A stretch of 64,000 nucleotides of DNA. Source: an uncultured virus (IMG/VR IMGVR_UViG_3300018048_001965) (taxonomy: Duplodnaviria > Heunggongvirae > Uroviricota > Caudoviricetes). A program made the position numbers and the translations under genes. Shown one piece after another: positions 49,042-58,156 of this stretch (its first letter is position 1; every line of letters begins with the position of its first letter). Where the stretch lies: IMG/VR virus record IMGVR_UViG_3300018048_001965. One strand, 5' to 3'. Below the pieces are notes generated by a model. The model saw nothing but the letters and a program-made list of their open reading frames with translations. It ran no database searches and was not told the origin of the DNA.

Positions 49042-49655
49042 ACCTACAATCCGAGACATTCGACATTGACATCTTTGCAACTAAAATATATAAAGCAAGA
49101 TACAATAAAAGTATAAAAGATATAGAAAGTGTGCTCTTTGAAGTAGTGAATTTCGATCAAGTATTAAAGAACAATCAAGGATCAATGAGAGGCAATGGTA
49201 TATGTTCTTACGTCCATAAAAGAGATTTACAATACGATCCAAGGTTTTCTGATGTAGTAGAATTTATTACAAATAGTTGTAAAGAATATTGGAAAAATTG
49301 CGGATTTAATTCAAAATATATTCCTATTATAAAAGAAATGTGGTTTAACATTTACAACACGGATAGCCATATAGATTTACATAATCACTCTCCTATGGTT
49401 ACAACTTGTAGTTTTTATATAAAAAAACAATTAAACAACAGTAATCTTGTATTTGAAAATCCTTTATCTACGTTACTCAAACACCAACCTTATAGCATTG
49501 ATAAAGAAACATATCATACACTTTTTGAAAATGAAATAAATGCAGAAACAGGTGATATTGTATTATTTCCAGGATGGTTAAATCATAAAACGCTTCCTAA
49601 TAAATCAACTGAACAACGAATAATGATTGGTGCAAATATATGCAGCGGCGTTTAG
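49038..49655 (+). CDS. 2OG-Fe(II) oxygenase-like protein
   Basis: MWFN, HNH, GDIVLFPGWLNH, R..I..N. Confidence 0.8.
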   Translation: MNLQSETFDIDIFATKIYKARYNKSIKDIESVLFEVVNFDQVLKNNQGSMRGNGICSYVHKRDLQYDPRFSDVVEFITNSCKEYWKNCGFNSKYIPIIKEMWFNIYNTDSHIDLHNHSPMVTTCSFYIKKQLNNSNLVFENPLSTLLKHQPYSIDKETYHTLFENEINAETGDIVLFPGWLNHKTLPNKSTEQRIMIGANICSGV

Positions 49656-50296
49656 AACCCCAATTGATGCTTAAAGATTATAGTGTAAAAGCATTTGCAG
49701 AAGCAGATAAAACTCCTACACGAAAATTATTTTTAAAATTACTAGACGACTATTTTAGTCCTAAAACGTTTAATAATGTTTTAGATTTGTGTTGCGGGCC
49801 TGCCCAGTACACAATAGACCTAGCAGAAATGTTATACTGTCAAATTGATGCAATTGATGGTTCGTCTCCTATGCTAGATATTGCAAAAACAAATATAGAA
49901 GAAAGCGGTTTAGATCATTGTATTCAACTGCATAATTTACATTTACCTTTTATCACTGATAAAAAATATGATCTTATAGTATGCGTAAATAGTTTGCATC
50001 ATTTTCACAATCCTAAGGACTTTTGGATTACCTTAAAACATCATTCTAAAAAAGGCACAAGTGTACTAGTAATTGATTTAGCAAGACCTAAAACAAGTCC
50101 GAGTAAAGTTGTAGAATATTATAGTAGTAACGAATCGAGATATTTTCAAAATGACTTTTATAATAGTTTACATGCTGCATTTACTAAAGAAGAAGTACAA
50201 GGACAATTATATAATCTTGGTTTAGACTTAAATGTTGAATATCAACCTTCTGCATTAGATGGTTTTGGAATGATAATAGTCTGGGGAGAATTATGA
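49640..50296 (+). CDS. Class I SAM-dependent methyltransferase
   Basis: VLDLCCGPA, IDGSSPML, SLHHF, DLARP. Confidence 0.88.
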   Translation: MQRRLEPQLMLKDYSVKAFAEADKTPTRKLFLKLLDDYFSPKTFNNVLDLCCGPAQYTIDLAEMLYCQIDAIDGSSPMLDIAKTNIEESGLDHCIQLHNLHLPFITDKKYDLIVCVNSLHHFHNPKDFWITLKHHSKKGTSVLVIDLARPKTSPSKVVEYYSSNESRYFQNDFYNSLHAAFTKEEVQGQLYNLGLDLNVEYQPSALDGFGMIIVWGEL

Positions 50297-51249
50297 TAGA
50301 ACATATTATAGAAACAGATGGTAACAATACACCTCTTTTCGTAAAAGGACTTACTAGTGGGTTTAAGAAAAATCAACCTAGTATAAAAATTGGAGCAGCC
50401 CGCGGCACTCATGAAAATCCTCAGATAGTACAGCAAGGAGATCAATTAGGTACTTTAAAGTTTAACGCATATACAGGCGCTGCTGGCGAACCTTATGGAA
50501 ATGCTGCATTTATAAGTGCAATAGCAAGTGAAACTCCTAGTTTTGGGCAAAAAACTATAGATGCAGAACTTTTATTAGGATCTATTAACAGTGTTGCAAC
50601 AGGAGACTTTGTTACAATAAATTCTAAAGGTATTATTAAACCAAAAGGAATTATAATAGAACACACTCTTAATAGTGTGGCGCAACGTGATAAATCAAAA
50701 CCTTGGTGGCTTTCCGGAGGAACAGATTTTAGTTATCCGGTCCCTATAACAATAAACACAACTAGCACAGGTATACTTATTGCACAAACAGGAAACTTTA
50801 AACAACCTGCTATGCGTTTTGAAAGTTATGATAACAATCCATTAAAAGCTGGGTGGACTACTTTTAACAGATTTCGAGGTACACCCGATAATCCTGAATC
50901 TTTAAAAAATGGTGACTTCATATATGCATTTGACTGGATGGGAAAATCATCAGATGAACCATGGGAATGGGGAATGGCTCAAACTGCAATTATAGATGAC
51001 GATCCGGGTGAGGGATATTTACCTACAAGTATGAACTGGGTTACTAGATTAGAACCATTCGGTGAACCAAAGGTTGCAGTAAAGATTAGTAGTAATGGCA
51101 CACTTACTACTAATTACGGTAGTGTAATAAATGAAAATTTAGAGTTAAACGTAGAAGAAGTAAAAAATGTTAACTTAGAAGATGTAAAATTTGTTAAAGT
51201 AAAAGTTAACGGTGAGTATAGAGCAATGCCTACTTATTCATTTGGATGA
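50293..51249 (+). CDS. Hypothetical protein with two fibre-like RGT..P....GD modules
   Basis: RGTHENPQIVQQGDQLGTLKF and RGTPDNPESLKNGDFIYAFDW. Confidence 0.55.
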   Translation: MIEHIIETDGNNTPLFVKGLTSGFKKNQPSIKIGAARGTHENPQIVQQGDQLGTLKFNAYTGAAGEPYGNAAFISAIASETPSFGQKTIDAELLLGSINSVATGDFVTINSKGIIKPKGIIIEHTLNSVAQRDKSKPWWLSGGTDFSYPVPITINTTSTGILIAQTGNFKQPAMRFESYDNNPLKAGWTTFNRFRGTPDNPESLKNGDFIYAFDWMGKSSDEPWEWGMAQTAIIDDDPGEGYLPTSMNWVTRLEPFGEPKVAVKISSNGTLTTNYGSVINENLELNVEEVKNVNLEDVKFVKVKVNGEYRAMPTYSFG

Positions 51250-51431
51250 ATACCAACCTCTTCAATTTTAATATCTTTTCCTTGCCATGACCAAATAGTA
51301 TGATCGTACCAAGTATGAGATCCTGTACTTTGCGATTCGGCAAAAATATACAAACTTGTTTCAAGTTGAACTATCTTCTTGCCATCTTTCCAGTGACTTA
51401 TGTAACTTAAACATTCTTTAAATTTAGACAT
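51234..51431 (-). CDS. Hypothetical protein (65 aa)
   Basis: Fills the space after 51407..52204, overlaps it, and has a purine-rich sequence upstream. Confidence 0.5.
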   Translation of the reverse strand: MSKFKECLSYISHWKDGKKIVQLETSLYIFAESQSTGSHTWYDHTIWSWQGKDIKIEEVGIHPNE

Positions 51432-52204
51432 TTTTCTTTTCCGTATTCGCTTAAATTTTTTATAGTATCAAATAATAATCGTTCTGTCTCTAAACTGTAA
51501 TCTGTTCTAGATCTATATGCATTGATTATACCTTCGGCTCTGCGAAATCCGTTAATGCTTGATTTCCAAAATTCGGCTGCATTATCTAAGTCTAACGCTG
51601 TATCGACTTCAAAGAATACACTATCTTTAAAATAAAAATTTTCATTTACAAAGTGGTTTACTAAAACATGATTTGGACTGTAATATGCAAGATTCTTTTG
51701 TTTACATTGTACTCCTAAGTTATAATATGCATCGACTACTTTTTTAATATATGATTTAAAGTCTTCAACAACATTATTACTATTCGTCATTATATTAAAT
51801 AACATATAAGGCGGCGGATAACCTAACTCGCCTGGGCTACTAAAATAAGTATAGATATATTGTTCACCTTCTATTTGAACAGATGAGTAATTTTTTAATG
51901 TAGGAAATTCAGGCATGGGATCTAACTTTTGATAATTTGAAATACCCCTAATTTTATTAGGATGGTATTCTTGCAAACAATGCATGTCTCCGTTAACTTT
52001 TAGACAATGAACATATCTATAGCTAATTGTTTTTATTTCCTCATCGGTTATGTCCCACACACAATAATCAGGTCTATCTTTATATATGTAAAGCTTAGTA
52101 ATAGAATCTCTTGGATTTTGTTTTACAAACTCGTCAAATGTTTTTGTCCAGTTATCAAAGGTATAACATTTATCAACTATTATTTGTTTTAAATCTTCAA
52201 TCAA
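51407..52204 (-). CDS. Hypothetical protein
   Basis: 265-aa ORF with TTG start coupled to the upstream stop. No family recognised. Confidence 0.65.
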   Translation of the reverse strand: MIEDLKQIIVDKCYTFDNWTKTFDEFVKQNPRDSITKLYIYKDRPDYCVWDITDEEIKTISYRYVHCLKVNGDMHCLQEYHPNKIRGISNYQKLDPMPEFPTLKNYSSVQIEGEQYIYTYFSSPGELGYPPPYMLFNIMTNSNNVVEDFKSYIKKVVDAYYNLGVQCKQKNLAYYSPNHVLVNHFVNENFYFKDSVFFEVDTALDLDNAAEFWKSSINGFRRAEGIINAYRSRTDYSLETERLLFDTIKNLSEYGKEKCLNLKNV

Positions 52205-52746
52205 GGTATTTCCTTTTGACTTATTTGAAGTACAATTCTAGGTGTAAGTCCTATATTAACACTTCCGTGTAAGTCATTGTCTTGATCGTACCTAAACAAG
52301 TCACCTGACGCATATCCGCTAACAAATTTATTTTCGTGTATAAACACATGCCCAGGTTCATAATCTTTCCATGGCATCCAAAATCTATAATTATTGTCGT
52401 GTACATTTACAGTATCTCTGTGTAGCGGCATAAACTGTCCCGGCATCTGCTTTACTATCCACCAGTCTCCTTGTAAATATTTGTTAAGCTCGCCCATATC
52501 TAAGTCAAAAGGACAGTTACGATTATCAAATATTTCAGCCATGATTAGATTATTTCCATACGGACCATTAGTAAACATATCGGCTTGGTTATCATCTGTG
52601 GCTAGTGTTTGGTCTACATTAATTTCAACGTCATCATCTTTGCCGTCATGATCTTTCCAAGGACTAATCTCTATACCCTTAGTAGAAATTAATGTATCTA
52701 TCCATTCTTGTTTAACTAAGTGATTAAAATTACCGTAAAATTTCAT
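52201..52746 (-). CDS. Fe(II)/2OG oxygenase-like (Asp/Asn hydroxylase-like), array paralog
   Basis: WWIVKQMPGQFMPLHRD...RFWMP..DYEPGH...LHGSVNIG..PR. Start placed at ATG 52746 (MKFYGNF) by paralog alignment and GGAG SD. Confidence 0.7.
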   Translation of the reverse strand: MKFYGNFNHLVKQEWIDTLISTKGIEISPWKDHDGKDDDVEINVDQTLATDDNQADMFTNGPYGNNLIMAEIFDNRNCPFDLDMGELNKYLQGDWWIVKQMPGQFMPLHRDTVNVHDNNYRFWMPWKDYEPGHVFIHENKFVSGYASGDLFRYDQDNDLHGSVNIGLTPRIVLQISQKEIP

Positions 52747-53476
52747 ATAAGTGCTCCGCATATTTTATATGAGCATCTTTATTTGGATGCCCCCAGGCTA
52801 GTCGTTCTTCACAAAAAAAATCTAAACCTTTATCTGTTAAAAATTTAGATTTACTTTTTTCGTATAAATCTAATATTATAGGCATAGATGAAATAATATT
52901 ATTATTCATAGCAGGAACAATATTTATATTGTAGTATTCTAATACTTGTAAGTTTTTGACAAAATCCCAAGATATTCTGTCATCCGAAAACCAATCTATT
53001 AGTGCCTTGTCAGTCTGTTCATTAATAACAGGTTTTATATCTCCTGTATCTTTTACTCCTAATAAACCTTTGTACGGCCATAATAATGATGGTAACTGAA
53101 AAGATTCTACAGTTTTATTAAATATTGCATTGCGTGTTGCTTTAGTGAGTGAGACAATTACTATATCATTGTTAGTAAACTTATAATTGTTTTCAAAAAC
53201 TTGATATACAATTTTATCTAAACTATTTCCGCTTTCGGCATAATTGCAACATTGTAAATTTAGTTTATCTGCTAATAATTGCGGCCAAGATATTAGTTTT
53301 TGTTTTTCTTTTATAGCGTTGTATTCTTCTTGTAGATTCTCAGTTTCTAACTTTTTAAAAAATTTACGTGGATCATCAGACGTTGCTAATCTATAGTCGT
53401 TAATAGATAATTCGTGTGCTAATAATTCTTCACCAGTGGCATAACTACAACCAAATACATATAATTTACTCATCAT
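52730..53476 (-). CDS. SGNH/GDSL-like protein
   Basis: FGCSYATG, N.AESGNS, GHP...AH. Confidence 0.6.
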   Translation of the reverse strand: MMSKLYVFGCSYATGEELLAHELSINDYRLATSDDPRKFFKKLETENLQEEYNAIKEKQKLISWPQLLADKLNLQCCNYAESGNSLDKIVYQVFENNYKFTNNDIVIVSLTKATRNAIFNKTVESFQLPSLLWPYKGLLGVKDTGDIKPVINEQTDKALIDWFSDDRISWDFVKNLQVLEYYNINIVPAMNNNIISSMPIILDLYEKSKSKFLTDKGLDFFCEERLAWGHPNKDAHIKYAEHLYEILR

Positions 53477-54020
53477 ATATTGTAAATTGAAACGTTAGTC
53501 TTTCTGATAGCCCTATATTTGCTGCGCCGTGTATTGCAAATGGATCATCGAATTCATATACATCGCCTGCTTTATATGGCCCAATTAATTTATCATCGTA
53601 TATTAAAATATGACCAGGTTCATAATCTTTCCAACTCATCCAATAACGTACACAATTTTTTTCAAACTTTGTTGTTCTATCGCTGTGTATAGGAAGTACA
53701 TGACCGGGCTTATATTTAAATAGATTAAAATAAGTTCCGCTAGTTCCATCTTTGTATGTAGTTACCCAAGGCGGTATACCTATATCAAATGGAAAGTTTC
53801 TCCCGTCAAATATATAATACATTAAAGACTTAACATCGTAACCTGCATCGCCGTACTTTTTTTGAAAATCACAGAACTCTGCACGTTCTCCTCTTTCAAT
53901 TGCACCTTCAATGTCATTATCAACAAACTCGGCTTTTGGTTGCTCTATGCCTTCATTCTCGAGAGCATATGCAATCCATTCGTCTTGTAGCCAGTCTCGA
54001 TAATTTCCTATATACTTCAT
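53466..54020 (-). CDS. Fe(II)/2OG oxygenase-like, array paralog
   Basis: KYKPG..LPIHSD...RYWM...DYEPGH...IHGAANIG...R. Confidence 0.7.
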   Translation of the reverse strand: MKYIGNYRDWLQDEWIAYALENEGIEQPKAEFVDNDIEGAIERGERAEFCDFQKKYGDAGYDVKSLMYYIFDGRNFPFDIGIPPWVTTYKDGTSGTYFNLFKYKPGHVLPIHSDRTTKFEKNCVRYWMSWKDYEPGHILIYDDKLIGPYKAGDVYEFDDPFAIHGAANIGLSERLTFQFTIYDE

Positions 54021-54544
54021 TGTTCTTCCTCATATAATGTTACTTGTAAAACTACACGAGGTGTTAAACCTATATTTGCTGCTCCGTGTAGACCTTGTGC
54101 ATCGTCGTATTCGTATATATCACCCTTTTTATAGTTTGTTACTATTTCATCTTGAAACTTAAATATATGTCCTATTTCCCAATCTTGTAAAGGGATCCAA
54201 AATCTCTGAGCATTTTTTTGTACAGTAGTGTGCGGGTCAACATGCATCGGCATAAAGTCTCCTGGCATCATTTTTGTTAACCACCAGTGTCTTGATCTTC
54301 CACATTTATGGAATTCTGGTAAATCAAAAGGACAATTGTTTTTATCAAACATTTGAAAGTAAGTAGCTGTTGGATCATATCCAGCATCGATTGCTTTTTG
54401 CCACTCTTTTTCTCCTTCAGGTCCCTGCGGCTTTCCTCCGTCTCTCGGCCTATGCAATCCTTCGTTTTCTAAAATTAATTTTCTCCAAGTATCGAGTGTT
54501 TCTTCAGATACATCTAAATTCTTCATGTTATCTATGTATTTCAT
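54017..54544 (-). CDS. Fe(II)/2OG oxygenase-like, array paralog
   Basis: WWLTKMMPGDFMPMHVD...RFWIP...GH...LHGAANIG..PR. Confidence 0.7.
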   Translation of the reverse strand: MKYIDNMKNLDVSEETLDTWRKLILENEGLHRPRDGGKPQGPEGEKEWQKAIDAGYDPTATYFQMFDKNNCPFDLPEFHKCGRSRHWWLTKMMPGDFMPMHVDPHTTVQKNAQRFWIPLQDWEIGHIFKFQDEIVTNYKKGDIYEYDDAQGLHGAANIGLTPRVVLQVTLYEEEQ

Positions 54545-55097
54545 TTTTTACTTCATCCTTTTTATAATATGCAGAAACTTGCAATATTATACGAGTAGTC
54601 GAACCTATGTTTATTGCTCCGTGTAGTGCTTTTGTTTCATTATACAAGTATAGATCACCTTTATTATATTTGCTTACGGTTATGTCTTCGTATACAAATA
54701 TGTGTCCTGGGTCATATTCTGTTAATGGCATCCAATACCTTCGTGTGTTTTTGTCGTCACCTCTTGGATTATCTCTATGGACCGGTATATATTGTCCGGG
54801 ATACATTTTTATTATCCACCAAGTAAAGTCTTCATCTGGCTGAATCCAAGGAGGATCAATTTTAAAACTTAATCCATCCTTTTCTAAAAGTTGAAATTGT
54901 ACTAAGTCAGTTCCGTAAACTTTATAAATTTCCTCCTCAGACTTATCCATCGGCTCACGCTTGCCGTTTTCAATTTCCTCAAAAATATTTATATTTTGAA
55001 ACATGTCTTTCGGTACGGACAACCCGGGTGTGTTTGTTATTTCTTCAATCCAAGAAGGATTGATCCAGTTTTTATAATTTTTAACAAACTCCATCAA
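54528..55097 (-). CDS. Fe(II)/2OG oxygenase-like, array paralog
   Basis: WWIIKMYPGQYIPVHRD...RYWMP...YDPGH...LHGAINIG..TR. Confidence 0.7.
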   Translation of the reverse strand: MMEFVKNYKNWINPSWIEEITNTPGLSVPKDMFQNINIFEEIENGKREPMDKSEEEIYKVYGTDLVQFQLLEKDGLSFKIDPPWIQPDEDFTWWIIKMYPGQYIPVHRDNPRGDDKNTRRYWMPLTEYDPGHIFVYEDITVSKYNKGDLYLYNETKALHGAINIGSTTRIILQVSAYYKKDEVKNEIHR

Positions 55098-55782
55098 TGT
55101 TCCTTGAAGGTTTATAGTCTACTATTTGTAAAATACATCTGTTTGTTGTACCTAAATTGCAAGCACCGTGCCAGTCACCTGCGTAGTCAAACTTATACAC
55201 ATCACCTTTTTTATAATTAGAAACTTCTTTATCACCTATAATAAATATGTGTCCTGGTTCGTAATCAGTCCAAGGCATCCAATATTTATTTATAGGTATA
55301 TCAGGTTTTGCTCTATCAGTATGTACAGGCATTAAGTCTCCTGGTTTCATTGTACTAAACCACCAAGTAATGTGTTTACCTTTATAGTCTAAAAATGGCG
55401 GAGGATTGTCTAAAAGGTCAAATGATAAATCAAATTTTTCTAGTAGACTAAAATGATTCGCATATACATCATATCCTGAGTTTGTATACATGTCATATTC
55501 TTCGCCCATTTCTCGATCCGGATCGAGATAATCTATATGTATCTTTGCATGTTTAACTGCTTTATCATTAGGATCTAATGTGTTTAGATGTTCTTGTATA
55601 TTTAGATAATCTTCCTTTGTATGTATGTAACTTATGTCTTGTATAAATTCACGTAGTATCGGATTAAATCTTGCTTCATTTCGCAAACTATGTTTTGGCA
55701 TTTCAAACCCAGGATTTGACAACACTTCTTTACACCAGGTATCCGGTATCCAATCTGCATAATTACCAATATATTGTATCAT
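55081..55782 (-). CDS. Fe(II)/2OG oxygenase-like, array paralog with N-terminal insertion
   Basis: WWFSTMKPGDLMPVHTD...YWMPWTDYEPGH...WHGACNLG..NR. GAGG SD. Confidence 0.7.
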   Translation of the reverse strand: MIQYIGNYADWIPDTWCKEVLSNPGFEMPKHSLRNEARFNPILREFIQDISYIHTKEDYLNIQEHLNTLDPNDKAVKHAKIHIDYLDPDREMGEEYDMYTNSGYDVYANHFSLLEKFDLSFDLLDNPPPFLDYKGKHITWWFSTMKPGDLMPVHTDRAKPDIPINKYWMPWTDYEPGHIFIIGDKEVSNYKKGDVYKFDYAGDWHGACNLGTTNRCILQIVDYKPSRNIDGVC

Positions 55783-55811
55783 TTAATTTCCTCTACGGAA
55801 ATACTTATGTT

Positions 55812-56372
55812 TTATAAATTAGTTTCTATGTTAAATCGAACACTTAATAAGTATCTAGGGTGTTTTGAAAAATTTGTAACACTATGTGGTGTAGTTACTT
55901 TTACAACTTTTGGTTTATCTATAGAACACTCGTCTATAACTTTAGGATTACCTATCCATATTGGTCTTAAATGTTGCGAATCATCTGCTGGTAAATTTGG
56001 TTTATTTGTAGGAGTTGCGTATCCAATGTCATAATTACTATCATACCAATACATTGTTGTATCTTGGCAATTAAATATAGGAATATTTAATGCCCAATGT
56101 TGATCCGGTGTAGGAGGATTATGTCCATCTATATGAACTCGTAAACTTTCATTTCCGCTTAACCCACCTAGCACACATATTTTAATTTTTGGATCTTCTG
56201 AGAATATATCGATGATATCATCTATAATTTTTTCTCGTAACCAGATGATATCATTGTCTGTTTTATCAAATACTGTTATTGATTGCCCGATTAGATCTTT
56301 ATTAATATACTTGCTAAAACGTTCCTGTATATCTATAAAATTTTTTAAATCTATATCATAGTGTAAGGGCAT
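55812..56372 (-). CDS. Cupin/2OG oxygenase-like protein
   Basis: HIDG...ALNIP...PHSV.N...R..LS.RF. Confidence 0.55.
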   Translation of the reverse strand: MPLHYDIDLKNFIDIQERFSKYINKDLIGQSITVFDKTDNDIIWLREKIIDDIIDIFSEDPKIKICVLGGLSGNESLRVHIDGHNPPTPDQHWALNIPIFNCQDTTMYWYDSNYDIGYATPTNKPNLPADDSQHLRPIWIGNPKVIDECSIDKPKVVKVTTPHSVTNFSKHPRYLLSVRFNIETNL

Positions 56373-57031
56373 TAATATTCTACGACTGGAACTTCTTGTC
56401 TTTTATTTGTAGGATATAAAATTTCATCGTCAACTTGATGTTTTCTGCGGCTTACACCTTCTTGTTTAAACCCTACACCCATTATCAATAAAGGATCATT
56501 CTCTAAATTTAGTGCTTCTTTAACTTTTACATGATCCATACTTAAACAACAACCAGTTGCATAACCTAACATCTGAGCAGTTAAATTTAAATAACCAGAA
56601 ACTATACCTAAAGCTACATTTTTATCAAAATCTTTCGGTTCGTCAGCAATTCTTTTTTCTTTAAAGTGTGATTCTACTTTATAATAGTCTTCAAAAACTA
56701 CAACAAGATTTGCTAATGTTTGACTTTGTGTAGCATCTCCCATTTCGTGATATTTGTCTTCGTCTCGTGGATGCGGATCAACTATTTTAGTACCATCTTC
56801 TGCAATAGCGTACGGTGCACCGTGTGTTGCTGCGTGTACTTTTTCGATAGTCTCTCTATCTTGTATAAAGTGAACCTTATAGAATGCCACATTTTGTAAA
56901 CTAGGAGCTTGTGTTAAGCTTGTTTTAAGTATGTCTAAATCTTCTTGAGGTATTACTTTATCTAAATCCCAATTACGCTGACAGTGTTGGCTGCGAATTA
57001 TAGCTTTGCTTAAATTTTTTCTTATGTCCAT
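56372..57031 (-). CDS. Nitroreductase-family flavoprotein
   Basis: QRNWD...IP.ED, APS.QN, G.....L.A..LGYATG, IMGVG. AGGAG SD. Confidence 0.7.
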   Translation of the reverse strand: MDIRKNLSKAIIRSQHCQRNWDLDKVIPQEDLDILKTSLTQAPSLQNVAFYKVHFIQDRETIEKVHAATHGAPYAIAEDGTKIVDPHPRDEDKYHEMGDATQSQTLANLVVVFEDYYKVESHFKEKRIADEPKDFDKNVALGIVSGYLNLTAQMLGYATGCCLSMDHVKVKEALNLENDPLLIMGVGFKQEGVSRRKHQVDDEILYPTNKRQEVPVVEY

Positions 57032-57050
57032 CTTGGTTCTCCTATACAGT

Positions 57051-57066
57051 TATTTAGTCATAAATA
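57051..57066. promoter_or_regulatory. Back-to-back divergent TAAATA late-promoter cores (TATTTA-gtca-TAAATA)
   Basis: Located between divergent genes, with the same geometry as 42342-42357. Confidence 0.6.
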
Positions 57067-57073
57067 TTCTATA

Positions 57074-58156
57074 ATGTTCCATTTTAACGAGCTAACACAA
57101 ATCCATCTTGAAATTACAAATCGCTGTCAAGCAAGCTGTCCTATGTGTAATAGAAATATTAGAGGCGGTTTAGATAATCCTTTAATAAAGAATAATGATT
57201 GGACAGTATCTGATTTTAAGAAAATTTTATCTCACAGTGTTTTAGATAAAATCACTGGTTTTTATTTCTGTGGAAATTTTGGCGATCCTATTATTAATAA
57301 TGATTTAATAGATATGTGCAAATATGCAGTAGAGTATAAACCTGAAATAAACATCGCTATACATACAAATGGTAGCGCACGTACTACACAGTGGTGGGAA
57401 TTGTTAGCCCAAACATTACCCAAAGATAGTAGAGTAGTTTTTGCACTGGATGGTTTAGCCGATACACATTCATTATATAGGATCGGTACTAGTTTTGAAA
57501 AAATTATTTCAAATGCTCGGGCATTTATTAATGCAGGAGGAACTGCTGAATGGTGTTTTATTAAATTTAAACATAACGAGCACCAAGTAGGAGAAGCAGA
57601 AAAATTAGCAAAAGAAATGAAATTTAAACATTTTTCAGTAAAGAATAGTAGTCGATTTATCGGTGAACCAAAATATGCTGTTTTAGATTCAAATGCAACT
57701 ACTACACATTATATAGAACCTCCTAGTGATAACAAGATGTCTTTTATAAGTAACGATGTTATTAAAAACTATAAAGAAATAGTTAATAATAGTGAGATAA
57801 ATTGTTATGTTTTACACACGAAGGAAATATATATTGATGCTAATAGGATAGTATATCCTTGTTGTTATCTTGCAAGTGTGCCGTTTACAAATATACCAAA
57901 AGATGAGACAACTCAGGCTCGAATAGATATAAGAACACAGCACGAAGAATATATTACAGATCTTGGCGGATATGATAATATTAATTCTTTACAAAAATCT
58001 ATCGAAGATATTGTAAATGCAAAGTTATGGCATACAGTTTGGAACAAATACTGGTTTAAACAAAAAATGATTACCTGTGCAAGAAGTTGTGGCACAATTA
58101 AAGAAATATCAAAACCTTATGAGCAGATTGTTACTACGGAAACTATAAATGGATAA
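57074..58156 (+). CDS. Radical SAM protein with C-terminal SPASM/twitch domain
   Basis: CQASCPMC, GNFGDP, TNG, and C-terminal C...YIDA...YPCC...C...C. Confidence 0.9.
   Translation: MFHFNELTQIHLEITNRCQASCPMCNRNIRGGLDNPLIKNNDWTVSDFKKILSHSVLDKITGFYFCGNFGDPIINNDLIDMCKYAVEYKPEINIAIHTNGSARTTQWWELLAQTLPKDSRVVFALDGLADTHSLYRIGTSFEKIISNARAFINAGGTAEWCFIKFKHNEHQVGEAEKLAKEMKFKHFSVKNSSRFIGEPKYAVLDSNATTTHYIEPPSDNKMSFISNDVIKNYKEIVNNSEINCYVLHTKEIYIDANRIVYPCCYLASVPFTNIPKDETTQARIDIRTQHEEYITDLGGYDNINSLQKSIEDIVNAKLWHTVWNKYWFKQKMITCARSCGTIKEISKPYEQIVTTETING

Noticed and set aside
55802..55807. TAAGTA on the minus strand ahead of the oxygenase array as a late promoter
   Set aside because: It is a one-mismatch variant in AT-rich DNA. 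Plausible, but too weak to list as a feature.
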